Position numbers and translations under genes: made by a program. DNA of 64,000 nucleotides from Escherichia coli (lineage in GTDB: Bacteria > Pseudomonadota > Gammaproteobacteria > Enterobacterales > Enterobacteriaceae): the NCBI RefSeq assembly GCF_013315695.1, contig NZ_CP054353.1. One strand, given 5' to 3'. Below, one piece after another: positions 34,275 through 44,975 of this stretch. Every line of letters begins with the position of its first letter. Within the stretch, counting starts at the first letter, position 1. The notes under the pieces were generated by a model. That model did not search any database, had not been told where the DNA came from, and worked only from the letters and a program-made list of their open reading frames with translations.

Positions 34275-35657
34275 GTGGCAAAAGCTCCAAAACGCGCCTT
34301 TGTTTGTAATGAATGCGGGGCCGATTATCCGCGCTGGCAGGGGCAGTGCAGTGCCTGTCATGCCTGGAACACCATCACCGAGGTGCGTCTTGCAGCGTCG
34401 CCAACGGTGGCGCGTAACGAGCGTCTCAGCGGCTATGCCGGTAGCGCCGGAGTGGCAAAAGTCCAGAAACTTTCCGACATCAGCCTTGAAGAGCTGCCGC
34501 GTTTTTCCACCGGATTTAAAGAGTTCGACCGCGTATTAGGCGGCGGCGTGGTGCCGGGAAGCGCCATTCTGATTGGCGGTAACCCTGGTGCGGGGAAATC
34601 CACGCTGTTGCTGCAAACGCTGTGCAAACTGGCGCAGCAGATGAAAACGCTGTATGTCACCGGCGAAGAGTCGCTGCAACAGGTGGCAATGCGCGCTCAT
34701 CGCCTTGGCCTGCCGACTGACAATCTTAATATGCTGTCGGAAACCAGCATCGAGCAGATCTGCCTGATTGCCGAAGAAGAGCAACCGAAGCTGATGGTAA
34801 TTGACTCCATCCAGGTGATGCATATGGCGGATGTACAATCATCGCCTGGCAGCGTGGCACAGGTGCGTGAAACGGCGGCTTATCTGACGCGCTTCGCCAA
34901 AACGCGCGGTGTGGCGATTGTCATGGTCGGGCACGTAACCAAAGATGGCTCGCTGGCTGGCCCTAAAGTGCTGGAACACTGTATCGACTGTTCGGTGCTT
35001 TTGGATGGTGATGCCGACTCACGTTTTCGCACCTTACGCAGCCATAAAAACCGCTTCGGCGCGGTGAATGAGCTGGGTGTCTTCGCAATGACCGAGCAGG
35101 GGCTGCGTGAAGTCAGCAACCCTTCGGCAATTTTCTTAAGTCGCGGCGATGAAGTGACCTCCGGTAGCTCAGTGATGGTAGTGTGGGAAGGAACGCGTCC
35201 GCTGCTGGTGGAGATTCAGGCGCTCGTCGATCACTCGATGATGGCGAATCCACGCCGCGTGGCAGTCGGGCTGGAGCAAAACCGTCTGGCAATCCTGCTG
35301 GCGGTGCTTCACCGTCACGGTGGTCTACAAATGGCCGATCAGGATGTGTTTGTTAACGTGGTCGGTGGCGTGAAGGTGACGGAAACCAGTGCCGATTTAG
35401 CGTTACTGCTGGCGATGGTTTCCAGCCTGCGTGACAGACCGCTACCGCAGGATCTGGTGGTGTTTGGTGAAGTCGGGCTGGCAGGGGAGATCCGCCCGGT
35501 GCCCAGCGGCCAGGAACGAATCTCAGAAGCGGCGAAACACGGTTTTCGCCGGGCAATTGTTCCGGCAGCTAACGTGCCGAAAAAAGCGCCGGAAGGGATG
35601 CAGATTTTTGGCGTTAAAAAACTCTCCGACGCGCTTAGCGTGTTCGACGACTTATAA
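34275..35657 (+). CDS. radA: DNA repair protein RadA/Sms
   Basis: 460-aa from GTG 34275; C4 zinc finger CNECGADYPRWQGQCSAC, Walker A GGNPGAGKST, Lon-like C-terminus. Confidence 0.9.
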   Translation: MAKAPKRAFVCNECGADYPRWQGQCSACHAWNTITEVRLAASPTVARNERLSGYAGSAGVAKVQKLSDISLEELPRFSTGFKEFDRVLGGGVVPGSAILIGGNPGAGKSTLLLQTLCKLAQQMKTLYVTGEESLQQVAMRAHRLGLPTDNLNMLSETSIEQICLIAEEEQPKLMVIDSIQVMHMADVQSSPGSVAQVRETAAYLTRFAKTRGVAIVMVGHVTKDGSLAGPKVLEHCIDCSVLLDGDADSRFRTLRSHKNRFGAVNELGVFAMTEQGLREVSNPSAIFLSRGDEVTSGSSVMVVWEGTRPLLVEIQALVDHSMMANPRRVAVGLEQNRLAILLAVLHRHGGLQMADQDVFVNVVGGVKVTETSADLALLLAMVSSLRDRPLPQDLVVFGEVGLAGEIRPVPSGQERISEAAKHGFRRAIVPAANVPKKAPEGMQIFGVKKLSDALSVFDDL

Positions 35658-35677
35658 TGAGAGATACGGAGGGAGAT

Positions 35678-36910
35678 ATGTCGTCATTTGATTACCTGAA
35701 AACTGCCATCAAGCAACAGGGCTGCACGCTACAGCAGGTAGCTGATGCCAGCGGTATGACCAAAGGGTATTTAAGCCAGTTACTGAATGCCAAAATTAAA
35801 AGCCCCAGCGCACAAAAGCTGGAGGCATTGCACCGTTATTTGGGACTTGAATTTCCCCGGCAGAAGAAAACGATCGGTGTCGTATTCGGTAAGTTTTACC
35901 CGCTGCATACTGGACATATCTACCTTATCCAGCGCGCCTGTAGCCAGGTTGACGAGCTGCATATCATTATGGGTTTTGACGATACCCGTGACCGCGCGTT
36001 GTTCGAAGACAGTGCCATGTCGCAGCAGCCGACCGTGCCGGATCGTCTGCGCTGGTTATTGCAAACTTTTAAATATCAGAAAAATATTCGCATTCATGCT
36101 TTCAACGAAGAGGGCATGGAGCCGTATCCGCACGGCTGGGATGTGTGGAGCAACGGTATCAAAAAGTTTATGGCTGAAAAAGGGATCCAGCCGGATCTGA
36201 TCTACACCTCGGAAGAAGCCGATGCGCCACAGTATATGGAACATCTGGGGATCGAGACGGTGCTGGTCGATCCGAAACGTACCTTTATGAGTATCAGCGG
36301 TGCGCAGATCCGCGAAAACCCGTTCCGCTACTGGGAATATATTCCTACCGAAGTGAAGCCGTTTTTTGTGCGTACCGTGGCGATCCTTGGCGGCGAGTCG
36401 AGCGGTAAATCCACCCTGGTAAACAAACTTGCCAATATCTTCAACACCACCAGTGCGTGGGAATATGGCCGCGATTATGTCTTTTCACACCTCGGTGGTG
36501 ATGAGATCGCATTGCAGTATTCCGACTACGATAAAATCGCGTTGGGCCACGCACAATACATTGATTTTGCAGTGAAATATGCCAATAAAGTGGCGTTTAT
36601 TGACACCGATTTTGTCACTACCCAGGCGTTCTGCAAAAAGTACGAAGGGCGTGAGCATCCGTTCGTGCAGGCGCTGATTGATGAATACCGTTTTGATCTG
36701 GTGATCCTGCTGGAGAACAACACGCCGTGGGTGGCGGATGGTTTACGCAGCCTCGGCAGTTCGGTGGATCGCAAAGAGTTCCAGAACTTGCTGGTGGAGA
36801 TGCTGGAAGAGAACAATATCGAATTTGTGCGGGTTGAAGAGGACGATTATGACAGCCGTTTCCTGCGCTGCGTGGAGCTGGTGCGGGAGATGATGGGGGA
36901 GCAAAGATAA
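35678..36910 (+). CDS. nadR: Trifunctional NAD regulator NadR (HTH / NMN adenylyltransferase / ribosylnicotinamide kinase)
   Basis: 410-aa from ATG 35678 after ggaggg; GGESSGKST P-loop. Confidence 0.95.
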   Translation: MSSFDYLKTAIKQQGCTLQQVADASGMTKGYLSQLLNAKIKSPSAQKLEALHRYLGLEFPRQKKTIGVVFGKFYPLHTGHIYLIQRACSQVDELHIIMGFDDTRDRALFEDSAMSQQPTVPDRLRWLLQTFKYQKNIRIHAFNEEGMEPYPHGWDVWSNGIKKFMAEKGIQPDLIYTSEEADAPQYMEHLGIETVLVDPKRTFMSISGAQIRENPFRYWEYIPTEVKPFFVRTVAILGGESSGKSTLVNKLANIFNTTSAWEYGRDYVFSHLGGDEIALQYSDYDKIALGHAQYIDFAVKYANKVAFIDTDFVTTQAFCKKYEGREHPFVQALIDEYRFDLVILLENNTPWVADGLRSLGSSVDRKEFQNLLVEMLEENNIEFVRVEEDDYDSRFLRCVELVREMMGEQR

Positions 36911-36943
36911 CCGTGACGAAACGGCTCAAAGGCGAGGTATAAA

Positions 36944-37228
36944 ATGAGTTTTTTTGATGAGTTGAAAACCTCTCTGGAAGAGGCTGTCGAGATTAAACAA
37001 GGTTTAAAAGAACCTGCACGGGTGACCCGCTACGAAATTGCGGATGTTAAAGCTATTCGTGAGCAACTCAACGTTTCTCAAAGTGAGATGGCAAAAGCTC
37101 TGGGAACCAGTGTAGATACCATTAAAAGCTGGGAATCGAAGCGAAGAAATCCTACGGGATTGGCTGCAAAAGTACTTGCCACAATTAAAGAAAATCTTGC
37201 CTTTTTCCGGGAACTTGCCTCCCATTAA
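36944..37228 (+). CDS. Small XRE-family HTH protein (YiaG/COG2944-like, antitoxin-like), no adjacent toxin
   Basis: 94-aa ORF with SD gaggt 5 nt upstream; HTH signature LNVSQSEMAKALGTSVDTIKSWESKRRNP; first 60 nt about 38 percent GC versus GC-rich flanks. Confidence 0.6.
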   Translation: MSFFDELKTSLEEAVEIKQGLKEPARVTRYEIADVKAIREQLNVSQSEMAKALGTSVDTIKSWESKRRNPTGLAAKVLATIKENLAFFRELASH

Positions 37229-37241
37229 TCATTTAACTATT

Positions 37242-37274
37242 ACCGGATGCGATGCTGGCGCGCCGCACCCGGCA
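37242..37274. repeat. REP-like palindromic unit
   Basis: accggatgcgatgctggcgcgccgcacccggca between the HTH ORF and the ettA stop. Confidence 0.55.
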
Positions 37275-37283
37275 TTTTACGCA

Positions 37284-38951
37284 TTACTTCGCAATACGCT
37301 TGTACTTGATACGCTTCGGCTCCAGCGCGTCTGCGCCCAGCGTGCGTTTTTTGTACTCTTCGTACTCGGTAAAGTTACCTTCGAAGAACTCAACTTTACC
37401 TTCATCCTGGTAATCCAGGATGTGCGTGGCGATACGGTCGAGGAACCAACGGTCGTGCGAGATAACCATCGCGCAGCCCGGGAACTCCAGCAGGGCGTTT
37501 TCCAGCGCGCGCAGGGTTTCGATATCCAGGTCGTTGGTTGGTTCGTCGAGCAGCAGCATGTTGCCGCCAACTTGCAGCAGCTTCGCCAGATGCAGACGAC
37601 CGCGCTCACCGCCGGAGAGTTCGCCAACGCGTTTACCCTGATCAACCCCTTTAAAGTTAAAGCGGCCAACGTAGGCGCGGCTTGGCATCTCGGTGTTGCC
37701 GATCTTCATGATATCCAGCCCGCCGGAAACTTCTTCCCAAACGGTTTTGCTGTTATCCATTGAGTCACGGAACTGATCAACCGATGCCAGTTTCACCGTT
37801 TCACCCAAAGTGATGGTGCCGCTGTCCGGCTGTTCCTGACCAGAGATCATACGGAACAGGGTCGATTTACCCGCACCGTTCGGACCGATGATCCCGACGA
37901 TCGCCCCTTTCGGGATCGAGAAACTCAGGTCATCAATCAGCAGACGATCGCCATAGGATTTACGCAGGTTGCTGACTTCCAGCACTTTATCGCCAAGACG
38001 CGGTCCAGGTGGAATAAACAGTTCGTTGGTTTCGTTACGTTTCTGATATTCGGTGCTGTTCAGCTCTTCAAAACGCGCCAGACGTGCTTTACCTTTCGAC
38101 TGGCGGCCTTTAGTTCCCTGACGTACCCACTCCAGCTCTTTCTCAATCGACTTACGACGCGCAGCTTCTTGTGAAGCTTCCTGCGCCAGACGTTGATCTT
38201 TCTGCTCCAGCCAGGAGGAGTAGTTACCTTCCCACGGAATACCTTCACCGCGGTCCAGTTCGAGGATCCAGCCTGCAACGTTATCAAGGAAGTAACGGTC
38301 GTGGGTAATCGCCACAACGGTGCCTTCGAAGTCGTGCAGGAAGCGTTCCAGCCAGGCCACGGATTCGGCATCCAGGTGGTTGGTCGGTTCGTCGAGCAGC
38401 AGCATGTCTGGTTTTTCCAGCAGCAGGCGGCACAACGCCACGCGACGACGCTCACCACCGGAGAGGTTAGCGATTTTCGCGTCCCAGTCCGGCAGACGCA
38501 GCGCATCCGCCGCACGCTCCAGCTGAACGTTCAGGTTGTGACCGTCGTGAGCCTGAATGATCTCTTCCAGACGGCCTTGTTCAGCGGCCAGCTTGTCAAA
38601 ATCGGCATCCGGATCGGCGTACAGCGCATACACTTCATCCAGGCGTTTCAGGGCGTTAACCACTTCAGAAACCGCTTCTTCAATGGACTCACGCACGGTG
38701 TGTTCCGGGTTCAGCTGCGGTTCCTGCGGCAGATAACCAATCTTGATATCCGGTTGCGGACGCGCTTCGCCTTCGATGTCTTTATCAATGCCCGCCATAA
38801 TGCGCAGCAGGGTGGACTTACCCGCGCCGTTCAGACCCAGGACACCAATTTTTGCCCCAGGGAAGAAACTCAGAGAGATGTTTTTCAAAATATGACGTTT
38901 CGGCGGAACAACTTTGCCGACACGATGCATGGTATAAACGAATTGAGCCAC
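37284..38951 (-). CDS. ettA: Energy-dependent translational throttle ABC-F protein
   Basis: 555-aa ORF with two ABC cassettes (GLNGAGKSTL, GPNGAGKSTL). Confidence 0.95.
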   Translation of the reverse strand: MAQFVYTMHRVGKVVPPKRHILKNISLSFFPGAKIGVLGLNGAGKSTLLRIMAGIDKDIEGEARPQPDIKIGYLPQEPQLNPEHTVRESIEEAVSEVVNALKRLDEVYALYADPDADFDKLAAEQGRLEEIIQAHDGHNLNVQLERAADALRLPDWDAKIANLSGGERRRVALCRLLLEKPDMLLLDEPTNHLDAESVAWLERFLHDFEGTVVAITHDRYFLDNVAGWILELDRGEGIPWEGNYSSWLEQKDQRLAQEASQEAARRKSIEKELEWVRQGTKGRQSKGKARLARFEELNSTEYQKRNETNELFIPPGPRLGDKVLEVSNLRKSYGDRLLIDDLSFSIPKGAIVGIIGPNGAGKSTLFRMISGQEQPDSGTITLGETVKLASVDQFRDSMDNSKTVWEEVSGGLDIMKIGNTEMPSRAYVGRFNFKGVDQGKRVGELSGGERGRLHLAKLLQVGGNMLLLDEPTNDLDIETLRALENALLEFPGCAMVISHDRWFLDRIATHILDYQDEGKVEFFEGNFTEYEEYKKRTLGADALEPKRIKYKRIAK

Positions 38952-39161
38952 GTTGGACTTCGCCTCTATGTTTATCGTGATGATGAGTTTTCAAAGGCGA
39001 AGTGTAGCCTGTTTCCTTATCTAATCCCAGCCGGTCGATCACCCTCGCAGTAAAAGTAAAAAAGTGTCCGTAACGTGGCGTAAACGGCAATGACTGGTTA
39101 GCATAAATCTATTACGTGGCATGACGCTGCATTGATGTATTTACACTTAGAGGATGCGCTT

Positions 39162-41099
39162 GTGGAAAAAGCCAAACACGTTACCTGGCGGCTGTTGGCT
39201 GCCGGTGTCTGTCTGCTGACGGTCAGCAGCGTGGCGCGAGCCGACTCACTGGATGAGCAGCGTAGTCGTTACGCGCAAATCAAGCAGGCCTGGGATAATC
39301 GACAAATGGATGTGGTCGAACAAATGATGCCTGGACTGAAAGATTATCCGCTTTATCCCTACCTGGAATACCGTCAGATCACCGATGACCTGATGAATCA
39401 ACCGGCGGTGACGGTCACTAACTTTGTTCGCGCTAACCCCACGCTTCCTCCCGCTCGCACGCTGCAATCTCGTTTCGTCAATGAACTGGCGCGGCGTGAA
39501 GACTGGCGTGGCTTGTTAGCCTTTAGCCCGGAAAAACCCGGAACTACCGAAGCGCAATGTAATTACTACTATGCGAAATGGAACACCGGGCAGAGTGAAG
39601 AAGCCTGGCAAGGGGCGAAAGAGCTGTGGCTAACCGGCAAGAGCCAGCCTAACGCCTGTGACAAGTTATTTAGCGTCTGGCGTGCGTCAGGTAAACAAGA
39701 TCCGCTGGCGTATTTAGAGCGTATCCGTCTGGCGATGAAAGCGGGTAACACCGGCCTGGTAACAGTGCTGGCAGGGCAGATGCCTGCCGATTACCAGACT
39801 ATCGCTTCGGCAATCATTTCACTGGCGAACAACCCTAATACGGTACTGACCTTCGCGCGTACAACCGGCGCGACCGATTTTACCCGTCAAATGGCGGCGG
39901 TGGCGTTTGCCAGCGTGGCGCGGCAGGATGCTGAAAATGCACGGCTGATGATTCCATCGCTTGCTCAGGCACAGCAGCTTAATGAAGATCAGATTCAGGA
40001 ACTGCGCGATATCGTCGCCTGGCGTTTGATGGGCAACGATGTCACCGACGAGCAGGCGAAATGGCGCGATGACGCCATTATGCGCTCGCAATCCACCTCG
40101 TTGATTGAACGCCGAGTGCGGATGGCGCTTGGCACTGGCGATCGGCGTGGACTGAATACCTGGCTGGCGCGTTTGCCGATGGAAGCGAAAGAGAAAGATG
40201 AATGGCGTTACTGGCAGGCCGATTTATTGCTGGAACGCGGACGTGAAGCTGAAGCGAAAGAGATTCTGCATCAACTCATGCAACAGCGTGGTTTCTACCC
40301 GATGGTTGCAGCACAGCGCATCGGCGAAGAGTATGAGCTGAAGATTGATAAAGCGCCGCAGAATGTTGACAGCACCCTGACTCAGGGGCCGGAGATGGCG
40401 CGCGTGCGCGAGTTGATGTACTGGAATCTCGATAACACCGCGCGTAGCGAGTGGGCCAATCTGGTGAAGAGCAAGTCAAAAACAGAGCAGGCACAGCTGG
40501 CACGGTATGCTTTCAACAACCAATGGTGGGATCTCAGCGTTCAGGCGACGATCGCCGGGAAGCTTTGGGATCATCTGGAAGAGCGATTCCCGCTGGCCTA
40601 CAACGATCTTTTCAAACGTTACACCAGTGGGAAGGAGATCCCGCAAAGCTATGCGATGGCGATTGCCCGTCAGGAGAGTGCCTGGAATCCGAAAGTGAAA
40701 TCACCGGTAGGGGCCAGCGGCCTGATGCAGATTATGCCTGGTACCGCGACCCATACGGTGAAGATGTTCTCTATTCCCGGTTATAGCAGCCCAGGGCAAT
40801 TGCTGAATCCGGAAACGAACATCAACATTGGCACCAGTTACCTGCAATATGTTTATCAGCAGTTTGGCAATAACCGTATTTTCTCCTCAGCAGCTTATAA
40901 CGCCGGACCAGGGCGGGTGCGAACCTGGCTTGGCAACAGCGCAGGGCGTATCGACGCAGTGGCATTTGTCGAGAGTATTCCATTCTCCGAGACGCGCGGT
41001 TATGTGAAGAACGTGCTGGCTTATGACGCTTACTACCGCTATTTCATGGGGGATAAACCGACATTGATGAGCGCCACGGAATGGGGACGTCGTTACTGA
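39162..41099 (+). CDS. slt: Soluble lytic murein transglycosylase Slt70
   Basis: 645-aa from GTG 39162; signal peptide; C-terminal lysozyme-like ES..GLMQIMP motif. Confidence 0.9.
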   Translation: MEKAKHVTWRLLAAGVCLLTVSSVARADSLDEQRSRYAQIKQAWDNRQMDVVEQMMPGLKDYPLYPYLEYRQITDDLMNQPAVTVTNFVRANPTLPPARTLQSRFVNELARREDWRGLLAFSPEKPGTTEAQCNYYYAKWNTGQSEEAWQGAKELWLTGKSQPNACDKLFSVWRASGKQDPLAYLERIRLAMKAGNTGLVTVLAGQMPADYQTIASAIISLANNPNTVLTFARTTGATDFTRQMAAVAFASVARQDAENARLMIPSLAQAQQLNEDQIQELRDIVAWRLMGNDVTDEQAKWRDDAIMRSQSTSLIERRVRMALGTGDRRGLNTWLARLPMEAKEKDEWRYWQADLLLERGREAEAKEILHQLMQQRGFYPMVAAQRIGEEYELKIDKAPQNVDSTLTQGPEMARVRELMYWNLDNTARSEWANLVKSKSKTEQAQLARYAFNNQWWDLSVQATIAGKLWDHLEERFPLAYNDLFKRYTSGKEIPQSYAMAIARQESAWNPKVKSPVGASGLMQIMPGTATHTVKMFSIPGYSSPGQLLNPETNINIGTSYLQYVYQQFGNNRIFSSAAYNAGPGRVRTWLGNSAGRIDAVAFVESIPFSETRGYVKNVLAYDAYYRYFMGDKPTLMSATEWGRRY

Positions 41100-41123
41100 T
41101 CCGCACGTTTATGATATGCTATC

Positions 41124-41141
41124 GTACTCTTTAGCGAGTAC
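41124..41141. promoter_or_regulatory. TrpR operator (trpR autoregulation)
   Basis: gtactctttagcgagtac palindrome about 50 bp upstream of trpR start, matching the GTACT...AGTAC operator pattern. Confidence 0.75.
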
Positions 41142-41173
41142 AACCGGGGGAGGCATTTTGCTTCCCCCGCTAA

Positions 41174-42036
<863 letters not shown>

Positions 42037-42075
42037 TCAGAAAATTAACGTTACAGCAGTATACGGAAAAAAAGC

Positions 42076-42723
42076 ATGTTACAGGTATACCTAGTCCGCC
42101 ACGGTGAAACGCAGTGGAACGCCGAGCGACGTATTCAGGGCCAGTCTGACAGCCCGCTGACTGCCAAAGGTGAGCAACAGGCGATGCAGGTGGCGACCCG
42201 TGCCAAAGAGCTTGGCATTACGCATATCATCAGTAGCGATTTAGGACGCACCCGCCGCACGGCGGAAATCATCGCCCAGGCCTGCGGCTGCGATATTCTC
42301 CTTGATCCTCGTCTGCGTGAATTAAATATGGGTGTACTGGAAACAAGAAATATCGATTCACTCACCGAAGAAGAAGAAAACTGGCGTCGCCAGCTGGTCA
42401 ATGGCACTGTCGACGGACGTATTCCTGAAGGCGAGTCTATGCAGGAGCTCAGCGATCGTGTCAATGCGGCACTGGAATCTTGTCGGGAATTACCGCAGGG
42501 AAGCCGACCGCTGCTGGTGAGCCACGGTATTGCACTGGGATGCCTGGTGAGTACGATTCTCGGATTACCAGCATGGGCAGAGCGTCGCTTACGTCTGCGT
42601 AACTGTTCTATTTCGCGCGTGGATTATCAGGAAAGCCTGTGGCTGGCGTCTGGCTGGGTCGTTGAAACCGCAGGGGACATCTCGCATCTGGACGCCCCTG
42701 CATTAGATGAGCTGCAGCGTTAA
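42076..42723 (+). CDS. ytjC: Histidine-phosphatase family protein (GpmB-like)
   Basis: 215-aa ORF with RHGETQWN catalytic motif. Confidence 0.9.
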   Translation: MLQVYLVRHGETQWNAERRIQGQSDSPLTAKGEQQAMQVATRAKELGITHIISSDLGRTRRTAEIIAQACGCDILLDPRLRELNMGVLETRNIDSLTEEEENWRRQLVNGTVDGRIPEGESMQELSDRVNAALESCRELPQGSRPLLVSHGIALGCLVSTILGLPAWAERRLRLRNCSISRVDYQESLWLASGWVVETAGDISHLDAPALDELQR

Positions 42724-43589
42724 CGACGGATCGGAATCAGCAGTTCACAGCGTAGATTAATTGGGCGATCTCCCGCTTTGGCATCTTCTGCCGGGTAGTA
42801 TCGCTCAATATCCTGACCTTTACGGCGCGTCAGGTTGAGCATTGGCATGCACGTTCCGTATACCGTCAGGATAAACTCCTGCACGCCGGTTCCCAGACCT
42901 TCATAGGTAAACATCACATATTCGCCGCCCTGCAGCATCACCGGATGCCCCGTCAGTACATAGCCATCTGCCTGATCCTGGGCTAACGCGGTGGTATAGA
43001 ATACCTCTTGTTCGTCGTCTTTATCCTGACTCGGACGCGTTTCATTCAGGCCGTAGAGCACCGGCGGAATGGTCGGCGCGTTGCCGAGAAAATCGTGCCA
43101 GAACTGATAACGCATTTCATGGCGGAAATCAGAGATTTGCTCCAGCGAACAGGAGTAGCTCTGGGTAACACCAATCAGCGGCGTATCTTCCAGGGTGACA
43201 AATTTGTGCTCTGGCATAGTGAATTCACCCAGGCGTAGCGGCGGGCGAATACCAAAGGCGCTCCATTCAGGAGAACGGCGGTAAAGTGCAGGAGTCTGGG
43301 CAAACTGCTTCTTGAATGCGCGGGTAAATGTCTGTTGAGAGTCGAAGCGGTATTGCAGCGCGATGTCCAGAATCGGACGCGCAGTCAGGCGTAGTGCGAC
43401 CGCCGATTTCGACAAACGACGAGCACGAATATACGCGCCAATAGCATGGCCAGTGACATCTTTAAACATTCTCTGTAAGTGCCACTTGGAATAACCTGCT
43501 TTCGCCGCTACATTGTCGAGCGACAGGGGCTGATCCAGATGACCTTCCAGCCAGATTAAAAGGTCGCGAATAATGCCGGCCTGATCCAT
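42720..43589 (-). CDS. rob: AraC/XylS-family right-origin-binding protein
   Basis: 289-aa ORF with N-terminal AraC-type HTH and C-terminal GyrI-like domain. Confidence 0.9.
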   Translation of the reverse strand: MDQAGIIRDLLIWLEGHLDQPLSLDNVAAKAGYSKWHLQRMFKDVTGHAIGAYIRARRLSKSAVALRLTARPILDIALQYRFDSQQTFTRAFKKQFAQTPALYRRSPEWSAFGIRPPLRLGEFTMPEHKFVTLEDTPLIGVTQSYSCSLEQISDFRHEMRYQFWHDFLGNAPTIPPVLYGLNETRPSQDKDDEQEVFYTTALAQDQADGYVLTGHPVMLQGGEYVMFTYEGLGTGVQEFILTVYGTCMPMLNLTRRKGQDIERYYPAEDAKAGDRPINLRCELLIPIRR

Positions 43590-43799
43590 AAAATATCCTC
43601 ATCCTTTCAACAACGAGCACCTGACATCAGGTAATTGGATAATAGCATTTTTTGCTGTTTTAGCATTCAGTGTTTTTTTCTTAGTCGAGTATGTTTTAGG
43701 GCTTGACGGAAATAAAAGTATTGAGATTTTGTTCTTAATCAATATGTTATTTACCGTGACGAACTAATTGCTCGTGTAATAGATAAAAATGGTAACAAT

Positions 43800-44273
43800 A
43801 TGAAATACAAGCATTTGATCCTGTCTTTAAGCCTGATAATGCTGGGGCCATTGGCTCATGCAGAAGAGATTGGTTCGGTCGACACCGTATTTAAAATGAT
43901 CGGCCCGGATCACAAAATTGTTGTGGAAGCCTTTGATGATCCCGATGTGAAAAATGTCACCTGTTATGTGAGCCGGGCGAAAACCGGTGGTATTAAAGGG
44001 GGATTGGGTCTGGCGGAAGATACCTCCGATGCGGCCATTTCTTGTCAGCAAGTCGGGCCGATTGAACTGTCGGATCGTATTAAAAACGGCAAAGCTCAGG
44101 GCGAGGTAGTATTCAAAAAACGCACGTCCCTGGTCTTTAAGTCGTTACAGGTCGTGCGCTTTTATGATGCCAAACGCAACGCGCTCGCTTATCTGGCTTA
44201 CTCCGACAAAGTTGTAGAAGGTTCGCCGAAAAACGCGATTAGCGCGGTTCCTGTCATGCCGTGGCGGCAATAA
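43800..44273 (+). CDS. creA: Periplasmic protein CreA
   Basis: 157-aa ORF with signal peptide, first gene of creABCD. Confidence 0.85.
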
Positions 44274-44285
44274 CAGAGGCGATTT

Positions 44286-44975
44286 ATGCAACGGGAAACG
44301 GTCTGGTTAGTAGAAGACGAGCAAGGGATAGCCGATACTCTGGTCTACATGTTGCAACAGGAAGGTTTTGACGTCGAGGTCTTTGAGCGAGGCTTGCCAG
44401 TGCTGGATAAAGCTCGCCAGCAGGTTCCCGATGTCATGATTCTCGATGTTGGTTTGCCTGATATCAGCGGCTTTGAATTGTGCCGCCAGTTACTGGCGCT
44501 CCATCCGGCGTTACCTGTACTGTTCCTGACGGCCCGAAGTGAAGAGGTCGATCGCCTGCTTGGGCTGGAAATTGGCGCTGACGACTATGTGGCTAAACCG
44601 TTTTCACCCCGCGAAGTGTGCGCCAGGGTGCGCACCTTACTGCGTCGGGTGAAGAAGTTCTCGACGCCGTCTCCCGTCATCCGTATTGGTCATTTTGAAT
44701 TGAATGAACCCGCGGCGCAGATCAGCTGGTTTGACACGCCATTAACGCTGACGCGGTATGAGTTTTTATTGCTGAAGACGTTACTCAAGTCGCCAGGCCG
44801 CGTCTGGTCCCGCCAGCAACTGATGGATAGCGTGTGGGAAGATGCGCAGGACACCTACGATCGCACCGTCGATACCCACATTAAAACGCTGCGTGCCAAG
44901 CTGCGCGCCATCAACCCCGATCTTTCACCGATTAATACTCATCGCGGCATGGGATATAGCCTGAGGGGCCTGTAA
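44286..44975 (+). CDS. creB: Two-component response regulator CreB
   Basis: 229-aa OmpR-family response regulator. Confidence 0.9.
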   Translation: MQRETVWLVEDEQGIADTLVYMLQQEGFDVEVFERGLPVLDKARQQVPDVMILDVGLPDISGFELCRQLLALHPALPVLFLTARSEEVDRLLGLEIGADDYVAKPFSPREVCARVRTLLRRVKKFSTPSPVIRIGHFELNEPAAQISWFDTPLTLTRYEFLLLKTLLKSPGRVWSRQQLMDSVWEDAQDTYDRTVDTHIKTLRAKLRAINPDLSPINTHRGMGYSLRGL

